DNA of 64,000 nucleotides from Heptranchias perlo (taxonomy: Eukaryota). Position 1 is the stretch's first letter, and each line of letters begins with the position of its first letter. Shown in pieces: positions 1 to 12,289 of this stretch. Made by a program: the position numbers and the translations under genes. The DNA is taken from positions 41,168,001 through 41,232,000 of the forward strand of contig NC_090348.1 of NCBI RefSeq assembly GCF_035084215.1, in the 5' to 3' direction. The notes beneath the pieces are model-generated. The model saw only the letters and a list, made by a program, of their open reading frames with translations, made no database searches and had not been told where the DNA came from.

Positions 1-558
1 TCCCCTTGTCCTAGACTCCCCCACCAGCGGAAAAAGTTTCTCTCTATCCACAATATCTATTCCTTTCAAAATCCTAAAAACCTCAATCAAATCACCCCTT
101 AACCGTCCATGGGAATACAAACCTAGTTTATGTAACCACTGCTCATAAATTAACCCTTGGAGCCCTGGTACATTCTGGTGATTCTGTGCTGCACTCCTTC
201 CAAGGCCAATATATCCTTTCTAAGGTGCAGTGCCTAGAACTGTACACAGTACTCCAGATGTGGTTTAACCATACATATAAAACCATGTATAGTTGTAGCA
301 AAACTTTTTCCCTTTTATATTCTAGCCCTCTACTTATAAAGGCTAACAATCCATTAGCCTTTCTGATTATTTTTTGTACCTGACTACGACATTTTAGTGA
401 TCTGTGTACATGAACCCCTAAATCTCTTTGGACCTCCACAGTTCCTAGCTTTTCACCATTTAAAAAACACTTGAATCTATCCTTTTTTGGTCCAAAATAG
501 ATGACCTCACACTTACTTGCGTTGAAATCCATCTGCCACAGTTTTGCACTTTCACTTA
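1..558 (-). mobile_element. CR1 LINE ORF2 fragment (RT C-terminal part), host element A, left piece
   Basis: ORF 143..565 reads WQMDFNASKCEVIYFG...QRDLGVHVHRSLK...KANGLLAFISRGLEYK, typical of the CR1 ORF2 C-terminus; frameshifted; continues at 2127 after a nested insert. Confidence 0.92.
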
Positions 559-2126
559 GAATCATAGAAAGGTTACAGCACGGAAGGAGGCCATTCGGCC
601 CATCGAGTTCGTGCCAACTCCGTGCGAGAGCAATCCAGCTAGTCCTACTCCCCCGCCCTATCCCCGTAGCCCTGCAAATTTTTTCCTTTCAAGTACTTAT
701 CCAGTTCCCTTTTGAAAGCCATGATTGCATCTGCCTCCATCACCCCTCTGGCAGTGCATTCCAGATCCTAACCACTCACTGTGTAAAAAAAGTTTTTCCT
801 CATCTCACCTTTGGTTCTTTTGCCAATCACCTTAAATCTATGTCCTCTGGTTTTTGACCCTTCCGCCAATGAGAACAGTTTCTCTCTATCTATTCTGTCT
901 AGACCCTTCATGATTTTAAATACCTCTATCAAATCTCCTCTCAACCTTCTCTGTTCCAAGGAGAACAACTCCAGCCTCTCCAGTCTATCCACGTAACTAA
1001 AGTCCCTCATCCCTGGAATCATTCTAGTAAATCTCCTCTGGACCATCTCTAAGGCCTTCAAATCTTTCCTAAAGTGCAGTGCCCAGAACTGGACACAATA
1101 CTCCAGTTGTGGTCGAACCAGTGTTTTATAAAGGTTCATCATGACTTCCTTGCTTTTGTACTCTATGCCTCTATTTATAAAGCCCAGGATCCCGTATGCT
1201 TTTTTAACCACTTTCTCAACCTGCCCCGCCACTTTCAAAGATTTGTACATATATACCCCCAGATCTCTTTGTTCCTGTACCCCTTTTGAAATTGTGCCCT
1301 CTAGTTTATATTGCCTCTCCTCGTTCTTCCTACCGAAATGTATCACCTCACAATTTTCTGCGTTAAATTTCATCTGCCACGTGTCTGCCCATGCCACCAG
1401 CCTGTTTATGTCTTCTTGAAGTCTTTCACTATTCTCCTCGCTGTTCACTACACTTCCAAGTTTTGTGCCATCTGCAAATTTGGAAATTGTGCCCTGTACA
1501 CCCAAGTCTAAGTCATTAATATATATCAAGAAAAGCAGTGGTCCTAGTACCGACCCCTGGTGAACTGTACACCTCCCTCCAATCTGAAAAACAACCATTC
1601 ACCACTACTCTCTGCTTCCTGTTACTTAGCCAATTTTGTATCCATGCTGCTACTGCACCCTTTATTCCACGGGCTTCAATCTTGATGACAAGCCTATTAT
1701 GTGGCACTTTATCAAACGCCTTTTGAAAGTCCATATACACCACATCAACCGCATTACTCTCATCAACCCCTCTGTTATCTCATCAAAAAGCTCTATCTAG
1801 TTAAACATGATTTGCCTTTAACAAATCCGTGCTGGCTTTCCCTAATCAATCCACACTTGTCCAAATGACTGCTAATTCTGTCCCGGATTATCGTTTCTAA
1901 AAGTTTACCCACCACTGAGATTAAACTGACTGGCCTGTAGTTGCTGGGTTTATCCTTACACCCTTTTTTGAACAAGGGTGTAACATTTGCAATTCTCCAG
2001 TCCTCTGGCACCACCCCCCCACCCCGTATCTAAGGATGTTTGGAAGATTATGGTCAGCACCTCCACAATTTCCACCCTTACTTCCATCAGCAACCTAGGA
2101 TGCATCCCATCCGGACCAGATGACAT
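559..2126 (-). mobile_element. 5'-truncated CR1 LINE nested inside another CR1
   Basis: 3' tail (rev. ...gctgtaacctttctatgattc) at 559; ORF pieces VPEDWRIANVTPLFKKG, SQHGFVKGKSCLT, DFQKAFDKVPH, QGSVLGPLLFLIYINDLD, KFADGTKL, LEYCVQFW; several frameshifts. Confidence 0.95.
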
Positions 2127-2745
2127 ATCTATCATTGTCTCTTTGTAATTTTATGCTCCCATCTACACTACTTACTATGCCACCAATCTTTGTGTCACAT
2201 GCAAGCTTGGATATATGGCTCTTTTTTTGTGTTATCAAAGTGATTAATAAATATAGTGAATAGTTGAGGCCCCAGCACAGATCCTTGTGGAACACCACTA
2301 GTCACTTTCTTCCAAATTGAGTACATACCCATTATCCCTTCTCTTTATCTTCTACCGCCTCATCAATCTCCTAACCAGGTCAACAATTTGCCTTCAATTC
2401 CTTGAGCTTTAATTTTAGCTAACATTAGCTGAATATAGTATTGAGATAGAGGATCAGCCATGATCATATTGAATGGCGGAGCAGGCTCGACGGGCCGAAA
2501 GGCCTATTCCTATTTTCTATGTTTCTATTCTCTTATGTCGAACCTCATCGAATGCCTTTGGAAAGTCCATATAAACTACATCTATTGACTTTCCACCATT
2601 TACTACTTTAGTTACTTCCTCAAAAAATTCAATTAGGTTTGTTAGACATGACCTACCCTTTACAAATGCATGTTGGCTTTCTCTAATCAGCTCGAATTTC
2701 TCTAAGTGCTCAGTCACGCTGTCCTTAATTATAGATTCCAATAAT
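2127..2745 (-). mobile_element. CR1 LINE host element A, right piece (RT core)
   Basis: [54 protein letters not shown]...KLQRDNDR; joins in frame to LSESAKLWQM at 558. Confidence 0.9.
2427..2527 (+). mobile_element. Short CR1 3'-tail insertion inside element A
   Basis: gatcagccatgatcatattgaatggcggagcaggctcgacgggccgaaaggccta...tatgtttcta is a CR1 3' UTR; it interrupts HKR|MLAKIK of the host. Confidence 0.8.
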
Positions 2746-3699
2746 ATTATCATTTGTAAACACACTTTAACAGGTAAATTAAGTTGCAGAAACCAAAACA
2801 GGGGTTGTTTGATAGGAACTGTTTCGGACATTGTTCTTTTGCTACTGGCGACTTATTTCAAATTTAGTACAGACTGATAGGATTAATATCTCCATTCTCT
2901 GTTGGATTCACTGGACAGGCGAAGGAAACTGTGTGGCATTAAATCTAATTGAGCAACTCGTAGTCAACTTAATAGGCTTTACAATCGACATATGGAGAGT
3001 ATTTCGGTACAAATGCCAAATGCAAAAAGACAGGAGATTCATTGCCTCATTTTGTGGATTCCTAAAGTTGCAACCAGTAGCAGTATAGCCTGGAATTAGT
3101 GTACTGCAAAGAAAAATGGTTAGATATTGTGTAGCCAGAAAAGAAAAGTATTTCTGTGTGTGTGGAACATAGGTTTGATTAAGGGAATCCAATCCTTTTA
3201 CAAGATTACTGGGGGCGATTTTAACCCTAACTGCAACAATGTTAAATTTTATTGTTAAAAATGGTGCTTCCCTGTAACCTGGTGAAACTGTTGATAAGCT
3301 GAGCGAGGCCTAATGTGCTTTGGCGGGCACAACAAAGCAATGTGTTGTGTTGTGTTACCTGTTGCTTTGCTGTAATGAATTCTTTTTCTGTCTCAAAAAA
3401 AAATAACTGTTAATCTAGCATGTTAATTCGGTGAAGCATGCAACATTTAGTAGTTAATAAGTGTTGAATGGATTATTCTGTCCTGTGCAGTCCATTGGCA
3501 AAGGCACTTTAATTAACATCTGATGCCTGGTGTAGTTCATTGTTAGCTTGCCAGAAAAGTATTGCTGGTTTCAATGCTCCTTCAAAGTCCTTGTAAGAAC
3601 GTCAACACAGCATGACAGAGAATTAGCAGCTTGAGAGTTCACAATTTTGTTTCCTAATTATCTCTGTTTCCCCCCGCCCACCACCACCACCCCCCATCC

Positions 3700-3850
3700 A
3701 ATACTCACCTTCCCTGAAGGTGCTGACACTTGTGGGATACAGTTGCACAAGCCAAGTGGTAATTTTTCACATGTGAAGCAAGACAGAGAGAGTTGCCAGG
3801 CTATCCACCGTGAAATGGAGCATCACACCCAACTCCAATCCTGTCCCCGG
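3700..3850 (-). mobile_element. AmnSINE2-like SINE, 3' piece (continues about 4580-4650 after an L2 insert)
   Basis: Reverse complement has ggacaggattggagttgggtgtgatgctcc...cttcacatgtgaaaa...gtcagcaccttcaggga, matching the family copies at 63430 and 56270. Confidence 0.6.
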
Positions 3851-3854
3851 GATC

Positions 3855-4545
3855 AATAACAACAACTTGCACTTTTATATAGAGCTTGGAATGTGATAAA
3901 GTATCCCAAAGTGCATCACAGAGGTGAAGATAACTGGACACTGAGCAACGTTGCAATGAAGGGTTCGTGGTGGTGACTGCAGGCAAGATCAAAAATGAAG
4001 GATTCGAGAAGCCTTCAGAAGGAGGGGAGAGAGGTGCAATGCAGAAGAGTTTAGGGAGTAGTCAGCTGAGATGCTCTGTTGCTGAAGGTGAAAGGGAGGA
4101 TGCAAAGCAGGCCAGAGCTGGAAGAGTGGAGGTCATGTTCAACAACATGTTAGGACTGAAGAAGTTGCAAAGAGATGGATGAGACCATGAGGGAGTTGTA
4201 GATAAGTACAAGGATTTTGAAATCAATGGATAGCGGGCCAGTGAAGATTGATGAGGACAGGGTTGATAGAGCGGTAGGACTTAGTTGCAAATAAGATGCA
4301 TGCAGCAGAGTTTTAAATGAGTTGCAGTCTGTGTAGGGACGAGCTCAGGAGGTCAGCAAGGAGAGGATTGGAGTAATTAAATCTGGAGGTGGCAAAGACA
4401 TGGATAAAGGCAGCAGCAGTAGTGAGATGAGGCAGAGGTTTGCAGAGGTGGAAATAGGTGGTCATGGTGGTGACTTGAAGCTCAGCTCAGGGTCAAAAGG
4501 GACACAGAGACTGTGCACTGTCAGGCTGAGCCTGAACGAGCAGCC
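3855..4545 (-). mobile_element. Decayed L2 LINE 3' fragment
   Basis: Begins with the reverse L2 tail caacaacttgcacttttatatagagc; internal gagaggattggagtaattaaatctggaggt corresponds to the TSRLDYxN motif on the minus strand. Confidence 0.7.
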
Positions 4546-5384
4546 AGGAGTCAATGTGTGGGATTTATGGGCGGGAGTCTCGACCAATATCCACACTTCT
4601 GCACTTTCCAACAGAAGTCACCAGGTACCATTCAGGAGGTTGGGCTCATTTTCATCTATCTATCCCAGTGGTGTGTTGAACATGTTGGAGAGTTAAGAGT
4701 TAACTGAACTGTATAACTACAAGTGGCCATGGGGCAACAGGTTTTATAGGGATAACAGGAAAACAGTGGGGGGCTTTGAGAGTGAGGGAAGATGAGTTCT
4801 GTTCTGCTCTAGAAGCCTGATTATCATCTACAAGAAATGCCTATGCAAGGGAAAACTGACCCAAGTGACATCGACCATGAGTGATCAATGTATAACTTTA
4901 GTGATTCGTGTCATAAACATAGGCAGAGGTGTTCTAAACTGGATGGCCAGGTGGTGAAGGATGGAATACTAAAGCCTGGTCTTCAGTTGCTTCCAAGCCT
5001 TTATTCACAGAGCTCCACATTACACACCCCACACCCTAGATAAGCTCTCATATATATGGATACAAGAGAGCCCCAATTAATACACACCACTTGAATGCAA
5101 ATTAACATTAATTGATATAAATCATATGAATACAAATAACAAGAGGGATCAATTAACCATGGTATAGAGTGGAGTCTTGTTTGTGGAAAGTACCTTTGAA
5201 AGAGGCAAACTGGGATGTATAAGAAAGGAAGGTTTTCCAGGTTTAGTTGGAGAGCTAGAGAGAGAGAACCAAAGCTACCCTTTATACTGTGAAGATTGAT
5301 CACCTACACCGTATGAATAAAATCTGCACCGCACACAACTGTGTCTTGTGCTTACTCGTGTTGCTGTGAACCATAGAAGGAAGG

Positions 5385-5520
5385 GGGCTAACAGGGTGCT
5401 GAGGTCAATTGTTGCTGTCCTATTGCTGCCCAGCTGTGATTAGCATAGACCATGGATTGAATTTGCAGCCATCTGATTTATGTGGTTTAATACCACACAA
5501 GGCAGTGCCTTTACATGTTG
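5385..5520 (-). mobile_element. AmnSINE2-like SINE, 5' fragment
   Basis: ggtgctgaggtcaattg...cccagctgtgattagcatagaccatggattgaa...taccacacaaggcagtgc, degenerate match to the family head. Confidence 0.5.
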
Positions 5521-6102
5521 GGCTATTAGGGATGTTACAATTTTTTTAGTGCGACCGATATATTATTATCTTTACAAAAAGTATACATTTCAGTCACAAA
5601 AACTTTGAACCAATTTCATTTAACAGGCGAGCTCAACCTTGATGATCAAAAGATAGCTGAAAAGCCGCTTACTGTCAGTCAGGAAGACATGCACAGGCTG
5701 CATTGACGTAATCCTGACATCAACATAGTTCTTTAGCTGTAGTAAACACATCACAGAAAACGTTTTGCGAAACCCCAGAACACCATGGGGTAAAATGTTT
5801 GCAGCAACATCTGCAGCATGTGCAACCACATTCAGATGTTGCAGATGTTACGTGTCCACGCATGGGTCAATCAGCACAGAATGATGGCTATTGTTAGCTG
5901 GCTTAATCTTACCATCAAATGGCCTATTGTAAGTAGCTTGTTGTGCAGTATGGCTTTGTCAGCTTCAAGAGTACATCAATGCCGATACAATCTCTTTCAT
6001 TTTTGTCATAGTGGTTAAAAAAAAAGCAAGCAAAATGTGGTAATGCAGTTACTTGGTATTTATTCCCTGAAAAGGAATGAAACACTGCCAACCCAACAAC
6101 CC

Positions 6103-6945
6103 TAGTGGCTTAAATCATAAACGCACCACCTGTTGTGATCCTTGGCTACACAGAAAGATCCCAGGTACGATACCCCGTTTGTACCGAATTGGCCGAACTC
6201 AGCTGACTCAACATTAAGAGTGTTGAATTTGGCCTTTGTGCCCTGGGCTAAGGTCGGCAGGGGAGGGGAGGGATAAAATTACCCAGGATTTCCATTCCTG
6301 ATGCTCTGCAACCTCTGGAGGAAAGTGCAGGTGTGAGGACAGGATCAGCTCGAAAGTAATGGTGTCAGCTGTGGCTCAGTTGATAGCACTCCAGGAACGT
6401 AAGCCCAAAATCTAGGCTGACACTCCAGTGCAGTACTGAGGGAGCGCTGCATTGTCAGAGATGCCGCCTTATGGATGAAACATTAAGCCGAGGCCCCGTC
6501 TGCCCTCTCAGGTGGATGTAAAAGATCGAGTGGCACTATTTCAATGAAGAGCAGGGGAGTTCTCCCTGGTGTCCTGACCAATACTTATCCCTCGACCAAC
6601 ACCACTAAAAAAATAGATTATCTGGTCATTATCACATTGCTGTTTGTGGGACCTTGCTGTGCTCAAATTGGTTGCTGCGTTTCCTACATTACAACAGAGA
6701 AAACACTTCAAAAAAGTACTTAATTGACTGTAAAGTGGGTTGGGTCGTCCTGAGATCGTGAAAGGTGTTATATAAATGCAAATCTTTCTTTCTTCATGTA
6801 CCCACAGCCAAACAGCCTACCAACATTTACTGTCAAGGCCAATGTATCAAGAATGAACACTTGAGCTCGGTACTAAGAGGCAGCTGATGCCCTGAAGCAC
6901 TGCACTAGCAGGAGTCAGCATCTTCAAAAGAGATGGGGTGAAGGT
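6103..6945 (+). mobile_element. AmnSINE2-like SINE split by a Deu-SINE insertion (pieces about 6103-6357 and 6795-6945)
   Basis: gatcccaggtacgataccccg...ttggcctttgtgccctgggctaagg...gtgaggacaggatc, resuming as cccacagccaaacagcctaccaacatttactgtc...gagtcagcatcttcaaaagag. Confidence 0.65.
6358..6794 (+). mobile_element. tRNA-derived Deu-domain SINE (SacSINE1/AmnSINE1-like) with L2-type 3' tail
   Basis: A-box tggctcagttga; Deu core gaggccccgtctgccctctcaggtggatgtaaaagatc...cattgctgtttgtgggaccttgctgtg; tail gtgaaaggtgttatataaatgcaaatctttctttctt. Confidence 0.85.
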
Positions 6946-7210
6946 CAACGGAAAAAAATATATCTTTCTTTACGCCATCAGAAACACAGCTGTTATGCAT
7001 TCAATAACTGTGAAGGGATGGAAAAAATATATTCAGTGAGTTTATGTTAGGCTAATCCTATTTCAATCAAAAATTACTTCTACACACATTTTGGGTCACT
7101 CTCCCAGGTGGGATTTATTGGCTCTTGATGATGTAGCAACCTGACATCACTGGTTTTAAAAGTGGGGGGGAAATAAAACAAGCATGATGCAGGCTTCCCA
7201 GCATCTGTAA

Positions 7211-7548
7211 TTGTAATGTAGGAAACGCGGCAACCAATTTGAGCACAGCAAGATCCCACAAACAGCAATGTGATAATGACCAGATAATCTCTTGTTTTTA
7301 GTGGTGTTGGTCGAGGGATAAGTATTGGTCAGGACACCAGGGAGAACTCCCCTGCTCTTCATTGAAATAGTGCCACTCGATCTTTTACATCCACCTGAGA
7401 GGGCAGACGGGGCCTCGGCTTAATGTTTCATCCATAAGGCGGCATCTCTGACAATGCAGCGCTCCCTCAGTACTGCACTGGAGTGTCAGCCTAGATTTTG
7501 TGCTTAAGTTCCTGGAGTGCTATCAACTGAGCCACAGCTGACACCATT
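7211..7548 (-). mobile_element. Deu-domain SINE, inverted near-identical copy of 6358-6694
   Basis: Reverse complement aligns over about 340 bp with few mismatches; the 3' tail is absent. Confidence 0.9.
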
Positions 7549-7656
7549 CTCAACCTGGTCACTAATGACAGGATCAGCCCGTGTATAGAGACGTACAATT
7601 GAATAAGATACATGGGCTTTCGCTCAGATGCAAGCGAACGCTATTAATGCCACAAC

Positions 7657-7809
7657 AAAGCAAAGCAAAATACTGCGGATGCTGGAAATCTGAAATAGAA
7701 ACAGAAAATGCTGGAAAACACTCAGCAGGTCAGGAAGCAACTGTGGAGAGAGAATGGTTCGGATGAAAGGTCATCGACCTGAAACATTAACTCTGTTTCT
7801 CACTCCACT
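7657..7809. mobile_element. Penelope-derived pseudo-LTR fragment (family 2) with degenerate hammerhead
   Basis: aaagcaaaatactgcggatgctggaaatctgaaat..., the same family as 25974-26170; cggatgaaaggtcatcgacctgaaacatt is a decayed CUGAUGA-stemII-GAAA. Confidence 0.65.
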
Positions 7810-9059
7810 ATTAGTGCCACTCTAGTCCCAGCGCTAATTGTAATTATAAAATTGTAGTTTGAAAAAAAATCCCACACTTAAATCCTATTGTTTATGTCCA
7901 ACAGGATTTCTTCCAAATTCTCCATCCAATTCTGTATCGAAGGTACGAACTCATACTGAGCTATGACTCCTCAGGTGTTAGCTTCCAACCAGTGGTGGGA
8001 TCTCGGCTGATTTTACTCCAGAAGTGTCGAAGCCAATTGTTGCTCTTTAGTGCCATGCCATCTGAGATCGGTCAATTGACTACAGAGCTTATGATTCCTA
8101 CAGGATGTTTGACTAGGACCCCTTATACATAATCTAACGTTTCAAGGGCTGTATTTAACTTCTTTAAAGAGTGATTACTGTGCTTACAATCACTTATTTG
8201 AGGGTACAGTATCCCTTCCCACTTTTTTCTACTGTTGTGGAGAGCACGAGGCAGGTGACCTTCTCTCAAGTGCAACAGAGAGCACAGGCTTCTGCCTGTT
8301 TGGCTTGCCAAAGGAGGTATGTAACAACAACCCCCCTGATGATTGTTGCTGGAGCTTCCCTCCCCCGGTTGTGCCTCCCTGAGGCAGCATGGTTGAGATT
8401 GGAAACTCGGAGGTTAAGGGGATCGGCCTAACCTAGCTCCACAGTGTATTGGTACTCCAATGCATGGCATTGTATCACCATCTCTTTTGAAGTCCCCAGA
8501 AGATGGACATTTATTCAGCCGATTGGAAGAAAATGGGGGACTTACTGACGTCCTGTTCCTCCATAAATTTCTTACATACTGTGTTTTATCAAAGAATTAT
8601 TCCCTTATTCTACCACCAGCTACAGAATCATCTTTTTTGGAGGCATAACAAGGATATGACAAGGGACTGGGAGCATGATCTGCGATCAAAATGATAGAAA
8701 GTGCAGATTCGTTGACATACTCATCCAAAACAAGTCAACTTTAGTTCATATTCTACCCTTTATTTGCATTTCGAACAGCACAATTTAAATCAAATCTATA
8801 TCTGTCCCATACAGTACAATGCAGTTCGTGTCATTTGTTTGCCTCACAGTCCAGTGACTACACTGCTCAGCAGCACTCTGTGCAATTGTAATGAGGGGGA
8901 AAGCAAGGAGGAAATAAAAGCTTGTTGTACCAGTGTGTCGAGGGACAGTGGGCAGTGAGGGTGAGGGTGGCACCATAACAAGAGCAGTAAAATAGGAAGA
9001 AGTCTGTTCACCTTTTTTTCCTTAATTTTCTCCCTTCTCCTGAAGGCCTGATTCTTAAT

Positions 9060-9335
9060 GGGGTGTGTGTGTGTGTGTTAAGTGAGTGACTTAATGTGAG
9101 TGAATGTACGAGTGTGTGTCTGAGAGTGACAGGTTGTGTGCGAGCAAGTGAATGTGAGAATGAATTTGTGTAAGAGTGAGTGAATGACTGTGAGGTTGTG
9201 TGGGCGAATGAGTGAGTGTGAGCGCATGTGTAGAAGTTCAAGAGTGAGTGTGAGAATGAGCGTGAGTGCGAGTGCTGGTGAGAGTGAGTGTGCGACCGAG
9301 GGTGAGTGTGTGAGAACAATGTATTTGTGTGAGAG
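9060..9335. repeat. Degenerate (TG)n/(GAGT)n microsatellite
   Basis: gtgtgtgt...gagtgagtgtgtgag low-complexity tract. Confidence 0.9.
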
Positions 9336-10044
9336 ACAGCAGCGCTATGAATTTGAATCTTTTCCCACCTTGAACTGAGTGATCGGAGCAAGATAACCAT
9401 TCTAATGGTCACTGTGGCTGGAATTGCCAAATTAGTGATTATCTTATGATATCGAAGGGCAGTTTTGTGCAATGGACACACATCCATCAGAAACTTGAGT
9501 GACACTGCTCAGAAAAGTAAATGTACTCACCGCAGTGTATGTTGCTTGACCTCGGGAAATGCATCTCCCAATAGCCTCATGTGCACATTGCCAATTTTTG
9601 TGTTGTGGTCACATGCCCACTAGAGAATGGATTGAAACTGTCAATCAAAAATATCCTTAAGTTTACTGAAGTTTAAACAATAAGAGGAGTGGATTTGGGT
9701 TCAGTCGCGATTGAATATATCTGAGGAGGATGTGGTATTTTGTGTACATGCATGTTCTGGATGTCCGTATGTGGGGGTAGGATTGTGTGATGCCTTGTGA
9801 GCTCACTGGCTAACAGCAGTGCATTTCCTGAATAGAAAACACTTAGCAGAGGTTAACCAGCATCACGATTGTAACTTGAGGCAAAGGTGGGTATTTCAAA
9901 ATAACAGGCATCAAATATTATAGAACAAACAATACCTGTAACAGTAACTAGTTCCAAAAGTAAACATTAAAAAGTAATAAGTCAGCATCATGGGGCAACA
10001 CATATCTGATAACTTTACCTTTCATACCTGGCCAAGTTACTATG

Positions 10045-10272
10045 GGTAGATGCAGAATAATGCTCCCCTGTACTATGTCCCAACAATGTGACCCAGTCCC
10101 AGCCTCAGAACAACACTGCCCTCCACTGCATCAGTATAACATGTTAAAATTTCTTCACCAGTTGTTCCTGGGGCCCCTCAGAGTGACGCTTCCAATTTAG
10201 TGCCAATTAGCGTAGATTTAGAAGCAGTTTTTTGTTCTCTGGGTGACCACGTCCACTAGGAACTGATTGACA
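10045..10272 (-). mobile_element. LF-SINE-like element
   Basis: Reverse complement contains cagttcctagtggac and aattggcactaaattgg in the order and spacing of the recalled LF-SINE consensus, followed by ...gggtcacattgttgggac... Confidence 0.55.
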
Positions 10273-10449
10273 CGACCAAAAACATATTTGCTCATGTACC
10301 GACCTTTGAGAGCCACCTGCAATTTTTAATACTCATGCATCTCTTTAGTTTATTGGTAAATTTCAAACAGAATAGAAGAGAGCCTGGAAACTGCGCAGTA
10401 CGATAAGACAGTACAAACGCTTGAGATATTTGTATCAAATTATTCCCCT

Positions 10450-10625
10450 GTTTAATTGATGCATTTAAGGGGAAGCTAGATAAGTACACGAGGGAGAAAG
10501 GAATGGAAGGATAAGCTGATGGGGTTAGATGAAGCAGGTAGGGAGGAGGCTCATGTGGAGCATAAGCACTGGCACAGACCAGTTGGGCCGAATGGCCTGT
10601 TTCTGTGCTGTAAATTCTATGTAAT
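10450..10625 (+). mobile_element. CR1 3'-end fragment
   Basis: gcatttaaggggaagctagataagtac...gggccgaatggcctgtttctgtgctgtaaattctatgt. Confidence 0.85.
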
Positions 10626-11147
10626 TAATGGAGGCATAAACCCATTTATTTTATATGAGTTAAAGCCTTCATTAAAGTAGGAGACAAAGGAATTCAATAC
10701 ACACGTGTGTTTTTCTCATAATATTGCACAGCACCATTTCCATGCTGTAAGTGTTTGTTGCAACTTTGAGTTGCTGCATTGCCAGTACAGCCAGTACAAA
10801 CCACTGGTGCAACAATACAGAGGTAGGTCATAGAGAGTCAATTCCCCAGGCTGCACGTGAGAAAGGCTAAGTAGCCTGGGACTAGTTTAGACGGCGACTG
10901 TGGGGGCTGTTGTGCAAAATCTTTGTGCTGGAAGAGAAAAAGGAGGAATGTTTCTCAGGTAAATCTCAGGTCACAAGTAAAACCAAACACTTCTGGGATC
11001 CCAAGGCAATCCATGAAATCCAGCTGATTTGGTTTCACTTGTGCTAACAGCAACTTGATGAATATTCACTCTTGTAACGTAAAGGAAACTATCAAACATA
11101 AAGCCATTGTAAAGGAATCTAGCACATGTGGATCTAATACCCTGATA

Positions 11148-11235
11148 TAATTGGATAGCTCTTTCAATAAGCTGGCACAGCCACGATGGGCCAAAAGGCC
11201 TCCTTCTGTGCGGTATCATTCTATGATTCTATGAT
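11148..11235 (+). mobile_element. CR1 3'-tail fragment
   Basis: ttggatagctctttc...gatgggccaaaaggcctccttctgtgcggtatcattctatgattctatga. Confidence 0.8.
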
Positions 11236-11344
11236 AATATAAAGGGAGCCGGCAAACATCAAGGCAACTAGAAAATATAAAGCCAACATAAAGGGAACTA
11301 GCAAACATAATGCCAATTTAAAGGGAATAAGCAAATGTAAAGGG

Positions 11345-12075
11345 AACGAGCAAAGATTTTTATAAAAACAATGGAAAAATAAGAACTATGAGGTGAAGGT
11401 GTGCCCTCTAAAAATGAGCTTCGTGAGATTATTATTGGTTGATAAGGGAATGGCAGATTTGCTTATTCACGACTTTGCTTCACTATTTACAGAGGATAAT
11501 GAAGGAAGCCTTCAAAGACTTGTGGATAAGATAGTAGAAGTGTAACCAACTGATCTTAGCACTTTGAGGAAGTGGCTTGTAAAGGGCTGAGGGAATGAAA
11601 GTTGCTGGAGGTGAAATTGGTCCACGGTGATAGCGCGAAACAGGTGATGGCGAATCGACAGCCCGTTTTACACCCTGCCCGATATATTTCTCCATGCTGG
11701 AGCAACCAGAACTACCTTCTCCCAAACTGAGAAGGTTTGAGAGAAATGTTAGATTAATAGGGAACAGATTAAATAAGCATAGCTAGATTATTTCCATTGG
11801 TAAGTAAATCAAAGACACAAGACCATGATCTCAAGATAAGCAGTAGATAAATAAAGATTATTTGTTACATTTTCATAATTATGGAAAGCTTTGCCACGAG
11901 TAGTGATTGATGCTAAATCAATTATAGCATTCAAGAAGGTACTGAATAAATATTTAAAGAAACAAGAATATAAAAAGACCACAGAGAGAATGCAGAAAAA
12001 TGGATATGTGTAAAATCAGCTCCGAAGAGGGGCCAAAATTCAGAAGAGGCCCAAATGGCCTCCATCTGCGATAAA
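11345..12075 (+). mobile_element. Old, heavily decayed CR1 fragments with an internal MITE-like piece (about 11610-11700)
   Basis: gataagggaatggcagatttg...tttgcttcactatttacagag (DKGMADLL..FASLFTE) and a decayed 3' end ggcccaaatggcctcc. Confidence 0.5.
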
Positions 12076-12289
12076 ATGCCAATGTATCAATGTAATAACA
12101 TTTTCCTTAGGTTGAATGATTTAGGAAAGGCAATTCACGTGCCAAGGCAGTGATGGGTACAGGTTTGATTCCCCACACTACAGAGGTGCAAGAGAGGAAT
12201 CACAGAGTGGAAGTGCCTTCTTATGGTGGGGTGGGGAACCTCAGAAATAAAGTTACCCCAAAGTATTGCTGTTTTCCTCACAGCACCTA

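Noticed and set aside
5627-5706. Possible terminal exon (acceptor tttaacag, ELNLDDQKIAEKPLTVSQEDMHRLH*)
   Set aside because: Short, no recognisable protein family and no partner exons; compatible with chance
9008-9505. 165-aa His/Thr/Ser-rich ORF
   Set aside because: Translation of a degenerate (CA)n/(CACT)n microsatellite
9531-9619. Possible minus-strand internal exon (ttctctag ... gtgagt, one open frame)
   Set aside because: Peptide WACDHNTKIGNVHMRLLGDAFPEVKQHTL not recognised; splice-like words are common; would need RNA-seq
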